Positions 1-10,322 of a stretch of 62,593 nt of DNA are shown here, one piece after another. The position numbers and the translations under genes were made by a program. Below the pieces are notes generated by a model. That model was given only the letters and a program-made list of their open reading frames with translations. It was not told where the DNA came from and searched no databases. This DNA comes from a bacterium (GTDB taxonomy: Bacteria; Patescibacteriota; Minisyncoccia; UBA6257; JAGOQP01): the NCBI GenBank assembly GCA_021780615.1, contig JAJXYJ010000006.1, positions 1 to 62,593 of the forward strand. The letters are read 5' to 3'. How positions within the stretch are numbered: the stretch's first letter is position 1; each line of letters begins with the position of its first letter.

Positions 1-175
1 TATATTCCTTGATATTATTAATCGCTTCAGGAGAAAGCACTTTTGTACGAATAGAAGGATCTACCTGTGCCGCGGCAAGAATCTGTAGTGCGCGGGTTTT
101 TCCGATACCATAAAAATACGTCAGTGAGACGTCTATTCTCTTTTCATCTGGTATGTTGATTCCGAATAATCGCAT
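1..175 (-). CDS. rpsM: 30S ribosomal protein S13, N-terminal part (gene runs off the window start)
   Basis: Minus-strand ATG at 173-175 gives MRLFGINIPDEKRIDVSLTYFYGIGKTRALQILAAAQVDPS..., the conserved S13 N-terminus. Follows infA-rpmJ as in the canonical ribosomal cluster. Confidence 0.85.
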   Translation of the reverse strand, partial: MRLFGINIPDEKRIDVSLTYFYGIGKTRALQILAAAQVDPSIRTKVLSPEAINNIKEY

Positions 176-210
176 AGGTTGATAGTAAGTAAGATACAAG
201 GCGTCATTAT

Positions 211-324
211 TTAGCCTTGGCGTTGTTTATGCTTCACGTTTTTGCAAATAACGTACACTCGCCCTTTTCTTCGTACTGTTTTGCAGTTTTTGCAGATTTT
301 TTTAACTGATGATCGCACTTTCAT
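211..324 (-). CDS. rpmJ: 50S ribosomal protein L36
   Basis: Internal ATG of ORF 211..396 gives the 37-aa [37 protein letters not shown], a typical L36 zinc-ribbon sequence. Confidence 0.9.
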   Translation of the reverse strand: MKVRSSVKKICKNCKTVRRKGRVYVICKNVKHKQRQG

Positions 325-334
325 AAAAGCTTTT

Positions 335-574
335 TTATCGTGTTGGTTTTCTGACAAATGATGTCTCTCTCTTAATGATGATGCCACGGTTCCCATCCGG
401 ACTTAGCTTCAGTGACACTTTATCTCCGGGCATAACCTTGATGTAATGAATGCGCATCTTCCCTGCGAGATGACTCAAAATAATAGTGTCGTCGACTTTG
501 ACGCGGAACATGGTTGAAGGCAGTGCTTCAATCACTGTTCCCTGTACTATTTTTTCTAATTCATTTTTTGACAT
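335..574 (-). CDS. infA: translation initiation factor IF-1
   Basis: 79-aa ORF. The S1-like stretch [42 protein letters not shown] matches the IF-1 family pattern. Position is upstream of rpmJ. Confidence 0.9.
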   Translation of the reverse strand: MSKNELEKIVQGTVIEALPSTMFRVKVDDTIILSHLAGKMRIHYIKVMPGDKVSLKLSPDGNRGIIIKRETSFVRKPTR

Positions 575-712
575 CAGTGGGTTGTATGATAGAAAATTAG
601 AAAGGAAAAGTCAACCCCCAGCCGTATTCTCTTTGTATGTTCACTCTGAGGGGGTGTCTTTTTATCTAGATGTTTAATGGAATGGTCTGATAGGATGGTT
701 TTTTGAATCCGG

Positions 713-2116
713 TTAATCTATAATCATCTGTACTTGAGATGAATTTTGTGGTACGCGACTAACCCAGAACGGCCAAAACGATACTGAGAGAGAATCAATG
801 CCATTCATCTGTAAAATACTTGTTTTAATCGCTGATTCGTCTTTCCCTTGCAGAGATTGTTCAAGACTTTTTGCGTCAATTGGTTCCCAAAATGTTGCTT
901 TATAGGAAACGGGCAAACTCATAGTTGCATTGTTCCATTGTATGTTGGGCGTGCCGTAAGTAAGCGAAGAGTCTTTCTCTTCGTATGTTGCGTCGGGAAT
1001 TTGTCCGGCAGTGATGGCGCCGGTTTTTAACAGCGCGCGAACATCTTTTTCATTGAATGTCATGGCGGTTGCCTGCGCTTCAATGGACACTGAAAAATTT
1101 TTCTGCGCGTCAACGGTGGTGTCAACGTTTTTTGAAATAATTTGGAATTGTTCTGATCCTTTCACAAAAGTTACATCTTGGGGAAGTTTTAAGAGGAGCG
1201 ATGTTTCAAGTTTATCTTGCATTTGTTTTTGTGCTTGGTCTTGTGCCTGCGTAATATCAGCATCGGTGGCAACGGGTCCAACACCAACAAACCCTCCACT
1301 CATGGAGCTGGTTGATTGTCCGTAGAATCCTGCGTATTTACTCGATCCTTTGAAACCAGGAATGGTAAATTTATCAACGGGGCCGATGTTGTACGCTTCT
1401 CCTGGCTGATCGGCTACGACGTGCGCCTCAATGCTTTCTGGCTTGAGTCCCGATGCTGTTTTTTGGGCACCGGGTACAACGGTAGCGCTGGTGAGTCTAA
1501 ATATTTTTCCATCAGGGGTAACAAAGCGTGTGGTAGCAACGAGTGGTTGAGGTGCCGTACTGTAGTTGTTGAAGATAAGAATTGTTCCTTGGGCTTTTTG
1601 TTTTACGTTGGCAGTTCCTGTTGCCGGGAACGTGAAGATGCTCGTTGCATGTTCGGTCATAAGTTCCCCAGGGATTTGTGCCGTTGATGTGGCAACGGTT
1701 TCCCCCGCGACTACTTGCAGAGATCCATCATATGAAACGGAATATTTTTTTTCACTGATATGAATGGTTACTTTTGCCAATACGCCGCTGGCATAGTAGA
1801 TCCCTATAAAAATAATAATGGCAATTATTCCTCCCCATACCATTTTTTTGCCTCGTTTTCGTGTTGGTATGCTCGTGCGTTCCGGTGCATCATCTTCTCC
1901 GGAAAAATTAAACTCTTGATCAAGTGAAAATGAGTCTTCGTGTTGTCGTGATGGTGACTCAAAATCTTTTAGTGCTTCAAATTTTACTTCGCTAATAAAC
2001 GCCGGAGATTCCGCGGGAAGTTCTTTGGCGGGTTCGACTTTTCTTTTTGTTTTTTTAGATTGTGTTATCGGAATGATATCGACAACTCTAATAATTTTTT
2101 TTTGTGGCTTTGTCAT
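713..2116 (-). CDS. hypothetical membrane-anchored protein (basic N-terminus, one TM, large extracytoplasmic domain)
   Basis: Long ORF. Start moved to the ATG at 2116 because a terminator-like hairpin (2147-2162) lies inside the longer 2164 version. TM segment MVWGGIIAIIIFIGIYYASGVLA. No recognisable catalytic motif. Confidence 0.55.
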   Translation of the reverse strand: MTKPQKKIIRVVDIIPITQSKKTKRKVEPAKELPAESPAFISEVKFEALKDFESPSRQHEDSFSLDQEFNFSGEDDAPERTSIPTRKRGKKMVWGGIIAIIIFIGIYYASGVLAKVTIHISEKKYSVSYDGSLQVVAGETVATSTAQIPGELMTEHATSIFTFPATGTANVKQKAQGTILIFNNYSTAPQPLVATTRFVTPDGKIFRLTSATVVPGAQKTASGLKPESIEAHVVADQPGEAYNIGPVDKFTIPGFKGSSKYAGFYGQSTSSMSGGFVGVGPVATDADITQAQDQAQKQMQDKLETSLLLKLPQDVTFVKGSEQFQIISKNVDTTVDAQKNFSVSIEAQATAMTFNEKDVRALLKTGAITAGQIPDATYEEKDSSLTYGTPNIQWNNATMSLPVSYKATFWEPIDAKSLEQSLQGKDESAIKTSILQMNGIDSLSVSFWPFWVSRVPQNSSQVQMIID

Positions 2117-2140
2117 GTGTGCTATATATCTTTCTAGTAT

Positions 2141-2162
2141 AACAAAGCGCCGCAAGCGGCGC
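2141..2162 (-). terminator. intrinsic terminator-like hairpin after the 405-aa ORF
   Basis: GCGCCGC-TT-GCGGCGC followed by TTTGTT on the minus strand, directly after the stop at 2169. Confidence 0.5.
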
Positions 2163-2168
2163 AATGGA

Positions 2169-3386
2169 CTAGTTTCCCATATGATGTGGAATGAGCCATC
2201 GAATATATTTTATACCGAGTCCTTGTATATTATTTTTTCGAGGAACGCTAATTGCTGTAAATATATCCGCCGTATGTTTATGCGGTAAGTGCAATAGTTC
2301 TTTTTCCATACCGCTCACAAAGCTGATGTCTTCGTGCGCAATCAGTGCTTGTTGAAACTTTTTATCTGCTTGGAGATAAAAATCAAGCGCACCGCCGTCA
2401 ATACATATTGTTTTAATACCGGTTGATTTCTTAAACGACATAATGCCATTGCGTAGTCGTGAAAGTTCTTGATCAAGAAGTTCCTCGAGGTATTTCTTTG
2501 CTTTTGGAGATACTGCTCCTTCCGTGAGTTTTTTTATGATGTTCATAAAAGAAGTGCGATCAATGTAAAGGTGCGCATTGAGTGTTTCATATAAACTTTG
2601 ATAGCCAAAATTAAACGAATCTATGAAAACGATTGAGGTGCCGTTATAGGCAACGACGTCTGTTGCTGTTTCCTTTATTACTACGCACAAAAAGGGCTTC
2701 ACCTCCTTCGGATTATCCGCGAGGGCTCGTTGATAGAGCGAAAGCGCCAATGATACCGCGTCTTCATAGACGGCATATATACTCCCCCGTTTTGACAGGA
2801 TGCGTGTTAATGCCATAAAAATAGATCGCCGCACAAATGTTTGTACGATATCAAAGTGTACTCGTGTTCCCGTTTGGTTAAAAACATCATCTTGATTCTC
2901 ATGAAGACATTTTTTATCAACAAAGATATTTGTTATGGCACTTTGAGTCAGTAACACATTTAAATCATCAGTGTCGCATTTAGTGATGGTGATTTTTTTA
3001 TTTTTTTCTATGAGGTTGGGAATGTGGTGTGAGAAGTAGGATTCTATTTCTCCTGCGGTTATTTGATTTTTGGGATTTATTCGCTGTAGTTCTATGGCGT
3101 GTTGTCTGGTAAGAGCGTGTTCATGCGACACGGTCATAATAATGTTGTAGCGAAACGGAAAGAAAGCCGTATGCATGACTATGCGCACCAGAGTGGTGGT
3201 ATGAAAATTTTGTTCGGTTACATTTTTAAAGAAGCGCGATGATTTTTGTACAAATTTTTGTGTCTCCGAGTTATACGTGAGTAAATATATACGCAATCCC
3301 TCATCTCCAAAATGAAGCACAAGAAAACGCTGCTGATGAAAAAAATCAGAAATATCTTTGCGAATATGGCGTGGTACGGTGTTCAT
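2169..3386 (-). CDS. hypothetical protein with weak actin-like ATPase (FtsA/PilM-like) resemblance
   Basis: 405-aa ORF. Segments FLVLHFGDEGLRIY, VVIKETATDVVAYNG and ICIDGGALDF loosely resemble the phosphate/adenosine motifs of the ASKHA fold. Weak call. Confidence 0.4.
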   Translation of the reverse strand: MNTVPRHIRKDISDFFHQQRFLVLHFGDEGLRIYLLTYNSETQKFVQKSSRFFKNVTEQNFHTTTLVRIVMHTAFFPFRYNIIMTVSHEHALTRQHAIELQRINPKNQITAGEIESYFSHHIPNLIEKNKKITITKCDTDDLNVLLTQSAITNIFVDKKCLHENQDDVFNQTGTRVHFDIVQTFVRRSIFMALTRILSKRGSIYAVYEDAVSLALSLYQRALADNPKEVKPFLCVVIKETATDVVAYNGTSIVFIDSFNFGYQSLYETLNAHLYIDRTSFMNIIKKLTEGAVSPKAKKYLEELLDQELSRLRNGIMSFKKSTGIKTICIDGGALDFYLQADKKFQQALIAHEDISFVSGMEKELLHLPHKHTADIFTAISVPRKNNIQGLGIKYIRWLIPHHMGN

Positions 3387-3398
3387 GTGTCTGATATA

Positions 3399-5225
3399 TT
3401 ATGCTACCGTGGCTCGAATACGTCGTGTCCCTTTGGCAACTGATTCTTCTTTAGTAATGGTAAATACTCCGATGTGGCCGGTTCTTTCGACGTGCGGGCC
3501 TCCGCAGAATTCCATACTTACCACGCCACCGCTTTCAGGTGAGCCGATGTAGTACACCTTCACGGTTTCAGGGTATTTTTCTTTGAAAAAAGAAAGCGCA
3601 CCCGACGCAACGGCCTCGTCTTTGCTCATTTCTTTGTAATACACTGGCAAATCTTCTTTGATCCGTTCATTGACCATAAGTTCAACTGCTTGTATCTCTT
3701 CAGGGGTAAGCTTGCGATCGAAATTAAAATCAAATCGCATGCGATCAGGATTAATATCGGAGCCCATCTGATGGATGGTTTCTCCCAGTAGGGTGCGCAG
3801 GGCCCATTGAAGTAGATGCGTTGCGGTATGCATTCTCATCACCCGATCCATTTCTTGAGAATCTCGGGCTTTTAACTCCCCCGTATCAAGTACCAATCCG
3901 TGGCCGCCAAATTTTTTTTCCACGCCAGCGCGGGAAATATCCTGATGTTTTTTAAATTCTGCATCAAAATCCTCTTGTCGCATCGTAGCTGTTGCGTGCG
4001 GCGGCGCGAGTTCTTTGATGAGTTCATAGGGAAGGCCATAACTTTCATAAATGTGAAACGCATCGGCGCCGGATATCTCTTTTCGCTTGGTGAGTTCTTT
4101 TAATCCCCCCGCGATACTTTCTTGGAAGCGTTCTTCTTCTTCTTTCCACACCGCGTACATTCGTTCACTCTCCCGAATGAGTGGGTATATATTTCCAAAA
4201 AGCTCTTCTACCATCCGTTGTCCTTCGTGAAAAATATCCACGTGTACATCGTGTGTTATTTTTAAGGCTATTATTTTACGCAAGAGACGTCGCAAGATGT
4301 ACCCTGCTCCTTTATTTGATGGCACAATACCATCGCTCATCAAAAATAACGATCCGCGAATATGATCGGCGCAGATACGAATATCACGCTCGGGTACGTG
4401 GGACATATGTATGCGGATGGTATCCATGAGTGGTCGCAGAACGCTTGTTTCGAATATATTTTGTTTTCCTTCAGTGATAGTCAGGAGACGTTCTAATCCC
4501 ATACCGGTATCAATGCCTGGTTGGTCAACTTTTTGAAATTCTTGCTTGTCCCCTGTTGTCATTCGGGCAATGTACTCATTAAAGACAATATTCCATACTT
4601 CAACGCCTTTTCCTGCCAATGCTTCATCTGCCGATGGGGCGATATAAATTTCTGTTGTGGGTCCGCAGGGTCCCTCAGCGCCTGTTGGTCCCCAAAAATT
4701 ATCTTGTCGAGATCCCAATCGAATCCGTTCTTTGGCGAGCCCTATCTCATTGTGCCATATGGCATATGATGCTTCGTCGCGTGGTGTCCGCTCATCCCCT
4801 TCAAAGACAGTGACGTAGATGCGTTCAGGACTAATACCGAGTACCGAGGTGATAAATTCATATCCCCAGGTAATTGCAGATCGTTTGAAATAGCCTTGTA
4901 TTGAATAATCAGTCGGATCATCGGTTCCTACGGGACCAAATGAAAAATTACCCAACATCTCAAAGAATGTTAGGTGCGTATCATCGCCCACTTCTTCAAA
5001 ATCGGTTGTACGGAAACATTTTTGAATTGACACCGTTCTGGCTGATCCGAAATCTTGCACCGCATCAAGTTCTTTGGTGTAGTAGCGCTTAAATTGTTGC
5101 ATGCCGGCGGTAGTGAGTAGTACCGACGAATCATCAGGAACAAGTGATGAGGATGTAATAACCCGATGTCCCCGTGTTTCAAAATAATCAAAAAATTTTT
5201 TTCGAATGTCATGTAAGGGATTCAT
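3399..5225 (-). CDS. alaS: alanine--tRNA ligase, short form (catalytic, tRNA-binding and editing domains, no C-Ala domain)
   Basis: N-terminus IRKKFFDYFETRGHRVITSSSLVPDDSSVLLTTAGMQQFK is the class II AlaRS signature. HTATHLL and CGGPHV editing-domain zinc motifs are present. Only 608 aa. Confidence 0.92.
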   Translation of the reverse strand: MNPLHDIRKKFFDYFETRGHRVITSSSLVPDDSSVLLTTAGMQQFKRYYTKELDAVQDFGSARTVSIQKCFRTTDFEEVGDDTHLTFFEMLGNFSFGPVGTDDPTDYSIQGYFKRSAITWGYEFITSVLGISPERIYVTVFEGDERTPRDEASYAIWHNEIGLAKERIRLGSRQDNFWGPTGAEGPCGPTTEIYIAPSADEALAGKGVEVWNIVFNEYIARMTTGDKQEFQKVDQPGIDTGMGLERLLTITEGKQNIFETSVLRPLMDTIRIHMSHVPERDIRICADHIRGSLFLMSDGIVPSNKGAGYILRRLLRKIIALKITHDVHVDIFHEGQRMVEELFGNIYPLIRESERMYAVWKEEEERFQESIAGGLKELTKRKEISGADAFHIYESYGLPYELIKELAPPHATATMRQEDFDAEFKKHQDISRAGVEKKFGGHGLVLDTGELKARDSQEMDRVMRMHTATHLLQWALRTLLGETIHQMGSDINPDRMRFDFNFDRKLTPEEIQAVELMVNERIKEDLPVYYKEMSKDEAVASGALSFFKEKYPETVKVYYIGSPESGGVVSMEFCGGPHVERTGHIGVFTITKEESVAKGTRRIRATVA

Positions 5226-5233
5226 GATGGGCA

Positions 5234-5366
5234 GAAATTTTTAATTTGAAATTTTTAATTTTTAAATAATGTTTCAATTTTTCCTGCCTGCCGGTAGGCA
5301 AGAATGTTTTAAACATTAGGATTTATGTATAAAATTAAAAAATTAAAAATTATAAAATTGATTTTA
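5234..5366. repeat. AT-rich intergenic element with GC core, copy A (rpoD|alaS spacer)
   Basis: Aligns almost end to end with 30475-30597: shared AATTTTTAAATAATGTTT.AATTT..CCTGCC..GCCGG.AGG..GAATGTTT...ATAAAATTAAAAA..TTATAAAATT. Confidence 0.8.
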
Positions 5367-5369
5367 AAC

Positions 5370-6650
5370 TTAATATTCTTCTAGTGCCTTTGCTTTTTCG
5401 TGGTCGCGCATCCGTTCCAGCGCCTTGGCTTCAATTTGACGAATGCGTTCGCGCGTGACGCCAAATTTTTTTCCTACTTCTTCAAGAGTATGCGTGACGC
5501 CATCCATGAGTCCAAAACGCATAGAAATAATTTCTCGTTCCCGTGGCGTCAAATCTTCCATAATTTCCAATATTTTTTCACGGAGGAGAGAGTGGGATGT
5601 AATCTGATCGGGCGTCAATCCTTTTTCGTCCTTGATAAATTCTGAGAGTGTTGAATTGTCATCATCGTCTCCAACCGGCAACTCCAATGAAAGCACTTCC
5701 TGTGAAATTTCTTGAATGTGACGAACTTTATCAACTGAGATACCCATTTCTATGGCAATCTCTTCGGCCAGCGGATCTCTTCCTAATTCTTGAGCAAGGC
5801 GGCGTTTGATTTGTGTGTATTTTGATATGGTCTCAACCATATGGACCGGGATACGAATGGTGCGGCTCTGATCGGCAAGTGCGCGAGCGATTGCTTGGCG
5901 AATCCACCATGTTGCGTAGGTGGAAAACTTAAATCCTTTACGGTAGTCAAATTTATCTACTGCTTTTGAAAGGCCAATATTTCCTTCTTGGATGAGGTCC
6001 AAGATGCTCATATTATTACTCCGGTTCACATAATGTTTGGCGATGGAAACGACTAAACGAAGATTTGCCTGAATCAAACGTTGTCGTGCTTCTTCGTCGC
6101 TATGTTCGGCCCGTTTTGCCAAATCTTTTTCCTCTTGTCCAGTAAGCAGTGCCGTGCGGCCGATAGTCTTGAGATATAGTTGTACGGCGTCAGGAAGATC
6201 GGCAGCATTCAGTTCATTTATTTCTTTTTGAAGGTCATGCTCTTTTTTAACAGAAGAATCAATGAGTTGATCTACTTCAATAACTTTAATGTTATGTTTT
6301 TCAAGTTGTTGGTAAATTTCTTCCAAAAAAGAAACGTCGTCTTCGATATGGGGAAACACCGTCATAATTTCCGAATCAGTCACAAATCCTCGCGCTTTGC
6401 CGCGCTCAACGAGTTCCATGATGGTCGCCTCATCAAACACCTGTTTCTTTTTTGGTGCAGAACGAACAGGAGACTTTTTGGTCTTGTGTATTTTTTGAGC
6501 ACTTTTCTTTTTTACTACCTTATGTTTTGCCGCTATGTGATGCGGTTTCTTTTTGGCGACGGAAGTCGATTTCTTTTTTGATGCAGTCGCCGGTTTCTTG
6601 TGAGGAGATATTTTTTTACTCCCCTGACGGATATTTTTTTTGATTGCCAT
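5370..6650 (-). CDS. rpoD: RNA polymerase sigma factor, primary sigma-70 type, with a lysine-rich N-terminal tail
   Basis: Regions 2-4 are recognisable ([69 protein letters not shown]). The first ~70 aa are K-rich. Confidence 0.92.
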   Translation of the reverse strand: MAIKKNIRQGSKKISPHKKPATASKKKSTSVAKKKPHHIAAKHKVVKKKSAQKIHKTKKSPVRSAPKKKQVFDEATIMELVERGKARGFVTDSEIMTVFPHIEDDVSFLEEIYQQLEKHNIKVIEVDQLIDSSVKKEHDLQKEINELNAADLPDAVQLYLKTIGRTALLTGQEEKDLAKRAEHSDEEARQRLIQANLRLVVSIAKHYVNRSNNMSILDLIQEGNIGLSKAVDKFDYRKGFKFSTYATWWIRQAIARALADQSRTIRIPVHMVETISKYTQIKRRLAQELGRDPLAEEIAIEMGISVDKVRHIQEISQEVLSLELPVGDDDDNSTLSEFIKDEKGLTPDQITSHSLLREKILEIMEDLTPREREIISMRFGLMDGVTHTLEEVGKKFGVTRERIRQIEAKALERMRDHEKAKALEEY

Positions 6651-6719
6651 AGTGACGTTGTTTCAAGGCGTGGAATTTCCACGCCATATATTAAATCGCG
6701 CGCGATGCGCACAGGTTGG

Positions 6720-8441
6720 CTAATTATCTATCAATTTTGCGAGTTCGTCAAATTCTGTAAGTAATTCCTGTACATTTCCATTTTCTTCTTTTAATTCTAT
6801 TTTTTTAATAGTGTGCATAATTTGAGTGCGCCGCTCTTTTAAATACTCCTTTTTAAGCTCTTGGAGTAAGAACCGTCCTTCTAAAACGTTCTTTTCTTCG
6901 TCTCCACCATCGTCTCCCAATGACTGTTGCATGTCAATGAGCTGGAGTGCCTCTTGCATATGTACATCCAATGATACGTGTGTGGTGGTATCCAGAGATT
7001 CAATCATAGCGCCATAGGGTGCTGGAAAGTATGCTCGATACGCATGAGCTTCTTGTGCGATGTGTTTTGTGCGGCATGAAAGAAAGACAATCTGAGAGGC
7101 AAGTTTTTCGAGGCGCGATGTCGGTTCGTGTGCCACCACCGGCGAGGGAACGGCGGGTTGGCGGGGAAGGATGTGTTTTTTCTTGAGTAGTTGCACCTCT
7201 TCAAACACTGACTGTTCGGGAATGGCGATAGTATCTGCTATCTTCTTTATCCACCGTCCTTGTTCTAAGGGGCTTGCGGTAAGTATAATTTTTTCCAAAA
7301 GAGCTCGCACCGCGCTCTTCATAGTATCGGGAGATATATGAGTAAGATATTTGTTAAAATAATAATCAAATGCTGGCACGGCCGTGGTGATAATGGTTGA
7401 TGCAATTGCTCCCGGATTTTTTTGTATGAATTCAGCGGCGTCTTTTGCATCTGGCAGTACCAGTATCTTCACCGAAAAATCAAACGTATGAGCCATATCA
7501 ATAGCGCGTTCTGTTGCGGCTATCCCCGCTTCGTCACCATCAAAAGCCATAATGAGTGTCGTCGCTATTTTAGAAAGTACCTGCATGTGCTGTGTGGTGA
7601 GCGCTGTGCCTGACGTTGCCACTGCATACCGTACTCCTTCCTGGTGAAGCATTAATAGATCCATTTGTCCTTCTACAATAAGTGCCGTTTTTTCTTCCTT
7701 GATGGCGTGCTTTGCTTTATCAAGACCATAGAGTATATGCGATTTGTTAAAGATGGGGGTTTCGGGACTGTTGATGTATTTTCCCGTGTGGTCATTGTCT
7801 AACTGCGGAAGAATACGTCCAGAAAATGCGACTGTTTTGCCAAATGCATTAGCGAGAGGAAACATGATACGTCCACGAAATCGGTCAATATAAGTGCCTC
7901 GTTCCGTCCGTATGCTCATACCGGATCGCTCAATGTCTCGCATGGCATAGCCGGCATTAATAAGATGAAGCGTAAGGCCATCTGGTTCTTGGGGAGCGTA
8001 GCCAATAGTAAATTCTTCAATGGTTTGATCTCGCAATCCTCGTTCTTTTATGTAGGTGGTTGCTTCTGTACTTTGTACGAGTCGATCGGAAAAATATTCT
8101 TGAGCACGCGCCATAATATCATAGAGGACGCCAAATTCTTTTTGAGTTGCGGGGCTTATGTGTTGCAATTGCACCCCTGCTTTTTCAGCGAGTGCTTTGA
8201 GCGCTTCATAAAACTCAACGCCCTCATACTTCATGACAAAACTAATAACATCTCCCCCTTCGGCACATGATCCAAAACAGTGCCATGACTGACGATCGGG
8301 AGATACCACGAACGAAGGTGTTTTTTCTTTATGAAAAGGACACACTGCCTTAAAGTTTTTCCCAGCAGGAGTTAAGGGGATGTATTCTTTAATAACATCA
8401 ACAATATCGAGTTTTTCTTTTATCTGCTGAATGGGATCCAT
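6720..8441 (-). CDS. dnaG: DNA primase
   Basis: Zinc-binding [25 protein letters not shown]-like motif ([11 protein letters not shown]...WHCFGSC) and a Toprim region ([11 protein letters not shown]...DGDEAG). Confidence 0.92.
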   Translation of the reverse strand: [573 protein letters not shown]

Positions 8442-8512
8442 GGCCGGATTATAGCAGGATACAAAAAAGTTGCCAGCGATGTTTGTATGAGAAGGAAGAA
8501 ATAGCCGCTTAT

Positions 8513-8797
8513 TTAAGAAAGTGGAATTTTTTCAATGCATTGTGCAAGTTCTATATCCTTTTCGGATATGTCTCCTGTTGCATGAGTGGAAAGTTCAACG
8601 GTCACCGCGTTGTATGATACGTGCATATCAGGATGGTGATCGAGTTGTTGTGCGCAATTGGCAATTGCGTTTACTAATTGCATTGTCTCTGTAAAATCTT
8701 TCAATGTAAACGTATGTTTCATAACTTTTCCCTTATCCTGAATTTCCCAGGGAATACGGAGCTGGGCGATAGCGTGTTGTATGCGGGTGATGTCCAT
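8513..8797 (-). CDS. 4a-hydroxytetrahydrobiopterin (pterin-4-alpha-carbinolamine) dehydratase family protein
   Basis: DHHPDMHVSYNAVTVELSTHATGDISEKDIELA matches the PCD/DCoH core. Start set at the ATG at 8797, because the longer ORF would overlap the SOD gene. Confidence 0.8.
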   Translation of the reverse strand: MDITRIQHAIAQLRIPWEIQDKGKVMKHTFTLKDFTETMQLVNAIANCAQQLDHHPDMHVSYNAVTVELSTHATGDISEKDIELAQCIEKIPLS

Positions 8798-8829
8798 GTG
8801 ATGGTTATGGTATGACGTGAGACTGGTGA

Positions 8830-9447
8830 TTAATGTGTTTCTGCGCGGTGGTAATTTTCTGTTACGTGATTCCAATCAATGGTGTGCCACCATGCATCGA
8901 TATAGTCCGCTCGTTTTTGTTGATACTTGAGATAATAGGCATGTTCCCATATATCAATGCCGAGAAGTGGTTTTTGTTCCTGTGAAATCGGGTTGTCTTG
9001 GTTTTGAGTTTCGATGATGCTTAATTTTTTGTCTAGCGACATAACAAGCCATGCCCAGCCGCTTCCAAAATGGTTGGTGGCAGTTTTATAAAATGCATCT
9101 TTAAATGCGTCAAAACTTCCAAAATCATGAGTCAGTGCGGTATGCAAATCATTACCTGGCTCTGCTGAAGGATGAGGACTCATATACTGCCAAAAAAGCG
9201 AGTGGTTATAATACCCCCCGCCATGATTACGCACTGCCGTTCTGATATCCTGGGGAACAGCATCTAAATGAGTGAGTAATTCTTCAACGGATTTTTCATA
9301 CAATTCCGGATGGATATCAAGTGCCGCATTAAATTTATCAGTATAAGTTTGATGATGCTTGGTGTAGTGTATTTCCATGGTACGCGCATCAATATACGGT
9401 TCAAGGTCCGCAAACCCATAGGGAAGTTTTGGAAGTTCGTGTTTCAT
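8830..9447 (-). CDS. Fe/Mn superoxide dismutase
   Basis: LPKLPYGFADLEPYIDARTMEIHYTKHHQTY ... DIWEHAYYLKYQ are the classic Fe/Mn-SOD N- and C-terminal signatures. Confidence 0.93.
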   Translation of the reverse strand: MKHELPKLPYGFADLEPYIDARTMEIHYTKHHQTYTDKFNAALDIHPELYEKSVEELLTHLDAVPQDIRTAVRNHGGGYYNHSLFWQYMSPHPSAEPGNDLHTALTHDFGSFDAFKDAFYKTATNHFGSGWAWLVMSLDKKLSIIETQNQDNPISQEQKPLLGIDIWEHAYYLKYQQKRADYIDAWWHTIDWNHVTENYHRAETH

Positions 9448-9530
9448 AATGTTAGAATATTTTATAGTTTACAATGTACATTTATTAATCATTGTAAATT
9501 TATACCTACTACCCTCAGCTCTTGGCTATA

Positions 9531-9797
9531 TTACATTTTTACCCCTTCTTTTTTAAGAATTTTTCGTTTGGCGGCAGTGCCTCCGGGACGGCTATACTGT
9601 CCTAGTGTTCCATCGGATCGAATGACGCGATGACAGGGCGTCAAAGGATTGTGATGTGTTCGCATAATTGTTCCCACGGCGCGATACGCGTGAGGACTCC
9701 CCGCTTTGCGTGCAACTTCTTTGTATGAAAGCGTTTGACCTTTGGGTATGGTCTGCACAACTTTATGAACACGATCGGTGAAGGAAAGTTTTTGCAT
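9531..9797 (-). CDS. MGMT-family protein (methylated-DNA--protein-cysteine methyltransferase DNA-binding/active-site domain only)
   Basis: 88 aa with IPKGQTLSYKEVA...AYRAVGTIM..NPL.PCHRVIRSDG, including the PCHRV active-site motif. Confidence 0.8.
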   Translation of the reverse strand: MQKLSFTDRVHKVVQTIPKGQTLSYKEVARKAGSPHAYRAVGTIMRTHHNPLTPCHRVIRSDGTLGQYSRPGGTAAKRKILKKEGVKM

Positions 9798-9974
9798 ACT
9801 ACGAGTAGTTAATGGAAGTAGAAATATAATTTCCCGAAAAATTCCAAATATCAAGCACCACATACCAAATAATATCGAAATACCAAAAAAACAAATAACC
9901 GAAATAAATTCGTTTTGAATTTTGGTGATTGGAATTTATTTGTGATTTGGAGTTTAGGATTTTAATATTTTCCT

Positions 9975-10322
9975 TTATTTCCCGCATACCGGGCATATCC
10001 AGGATTCTTCTTCGGGATGTGTCGGATGCATGGGATTATCAAGTTTAGAAAACAAAGAACATTCGTGATAGATTTTACACTGCTTCTCGAACGCATCGTA
10101 GGGTTTTTTACAACGCATTATTTTAAAGTATGGATATTTGTCAATAAAATCTCCCAATCGTTTTCCAATATTTTTATTGGCCATGCCTATATATTTTGCT
10201 ACCAATGCTCCATGCTCGTCGATATCTCCTAATACAAATACCCCGCAACATGGATCGGATGAGATATGCTCCACTTGTTGTACGGTAAGTTCGTAAGGGC
10301 CTTGAAGCTTATGGAGTGTCAT
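9975..10322 (-). CDS. hypothetical protein, possible GIY-YIG-like domain plus C-terminal CxxC
   Basis: GVFVLGDIDEHGALVAKYIGMANKNIGKRLGDF resembles the GIY-x10/11-YIG-...-R pattern. Ends with WICPVCGK. Weak. Confidence 0.4.
   Translation of the reverse strand: MTLHKLQGPYELTVQQVEHISSDPCCGVFVLGDIDEHGALVAKYIGMANKNIGKRLGDFIDKYPYFKIMRCKKPYDAFEKQCKIYHECSLFSKLDNPMHPTHPEEESWICPVCGK

Noticed and set aside
211-396. Long 61-aa version of the rpmJ ORF, and similar 5' extensions (8798-8875 PCD, 9798-9863 MGMT, 40226-40306 HD, 46736-46819 Bcp, 25869-25898 pyrD)
   Set aside because: The extensions overlap the upstream gene, a tRNA-like gene or a repeat, and add non-conserved residues. The internal Met gives the family-typical N-terminus.
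5234-5366. The AT-rich elements as a CRISPR array or leader
   Set aside because: The copies are dispersed 7-18 kb apart, are single at each site and have no repeat-spacer periodicity. There are no cas genes in the window.
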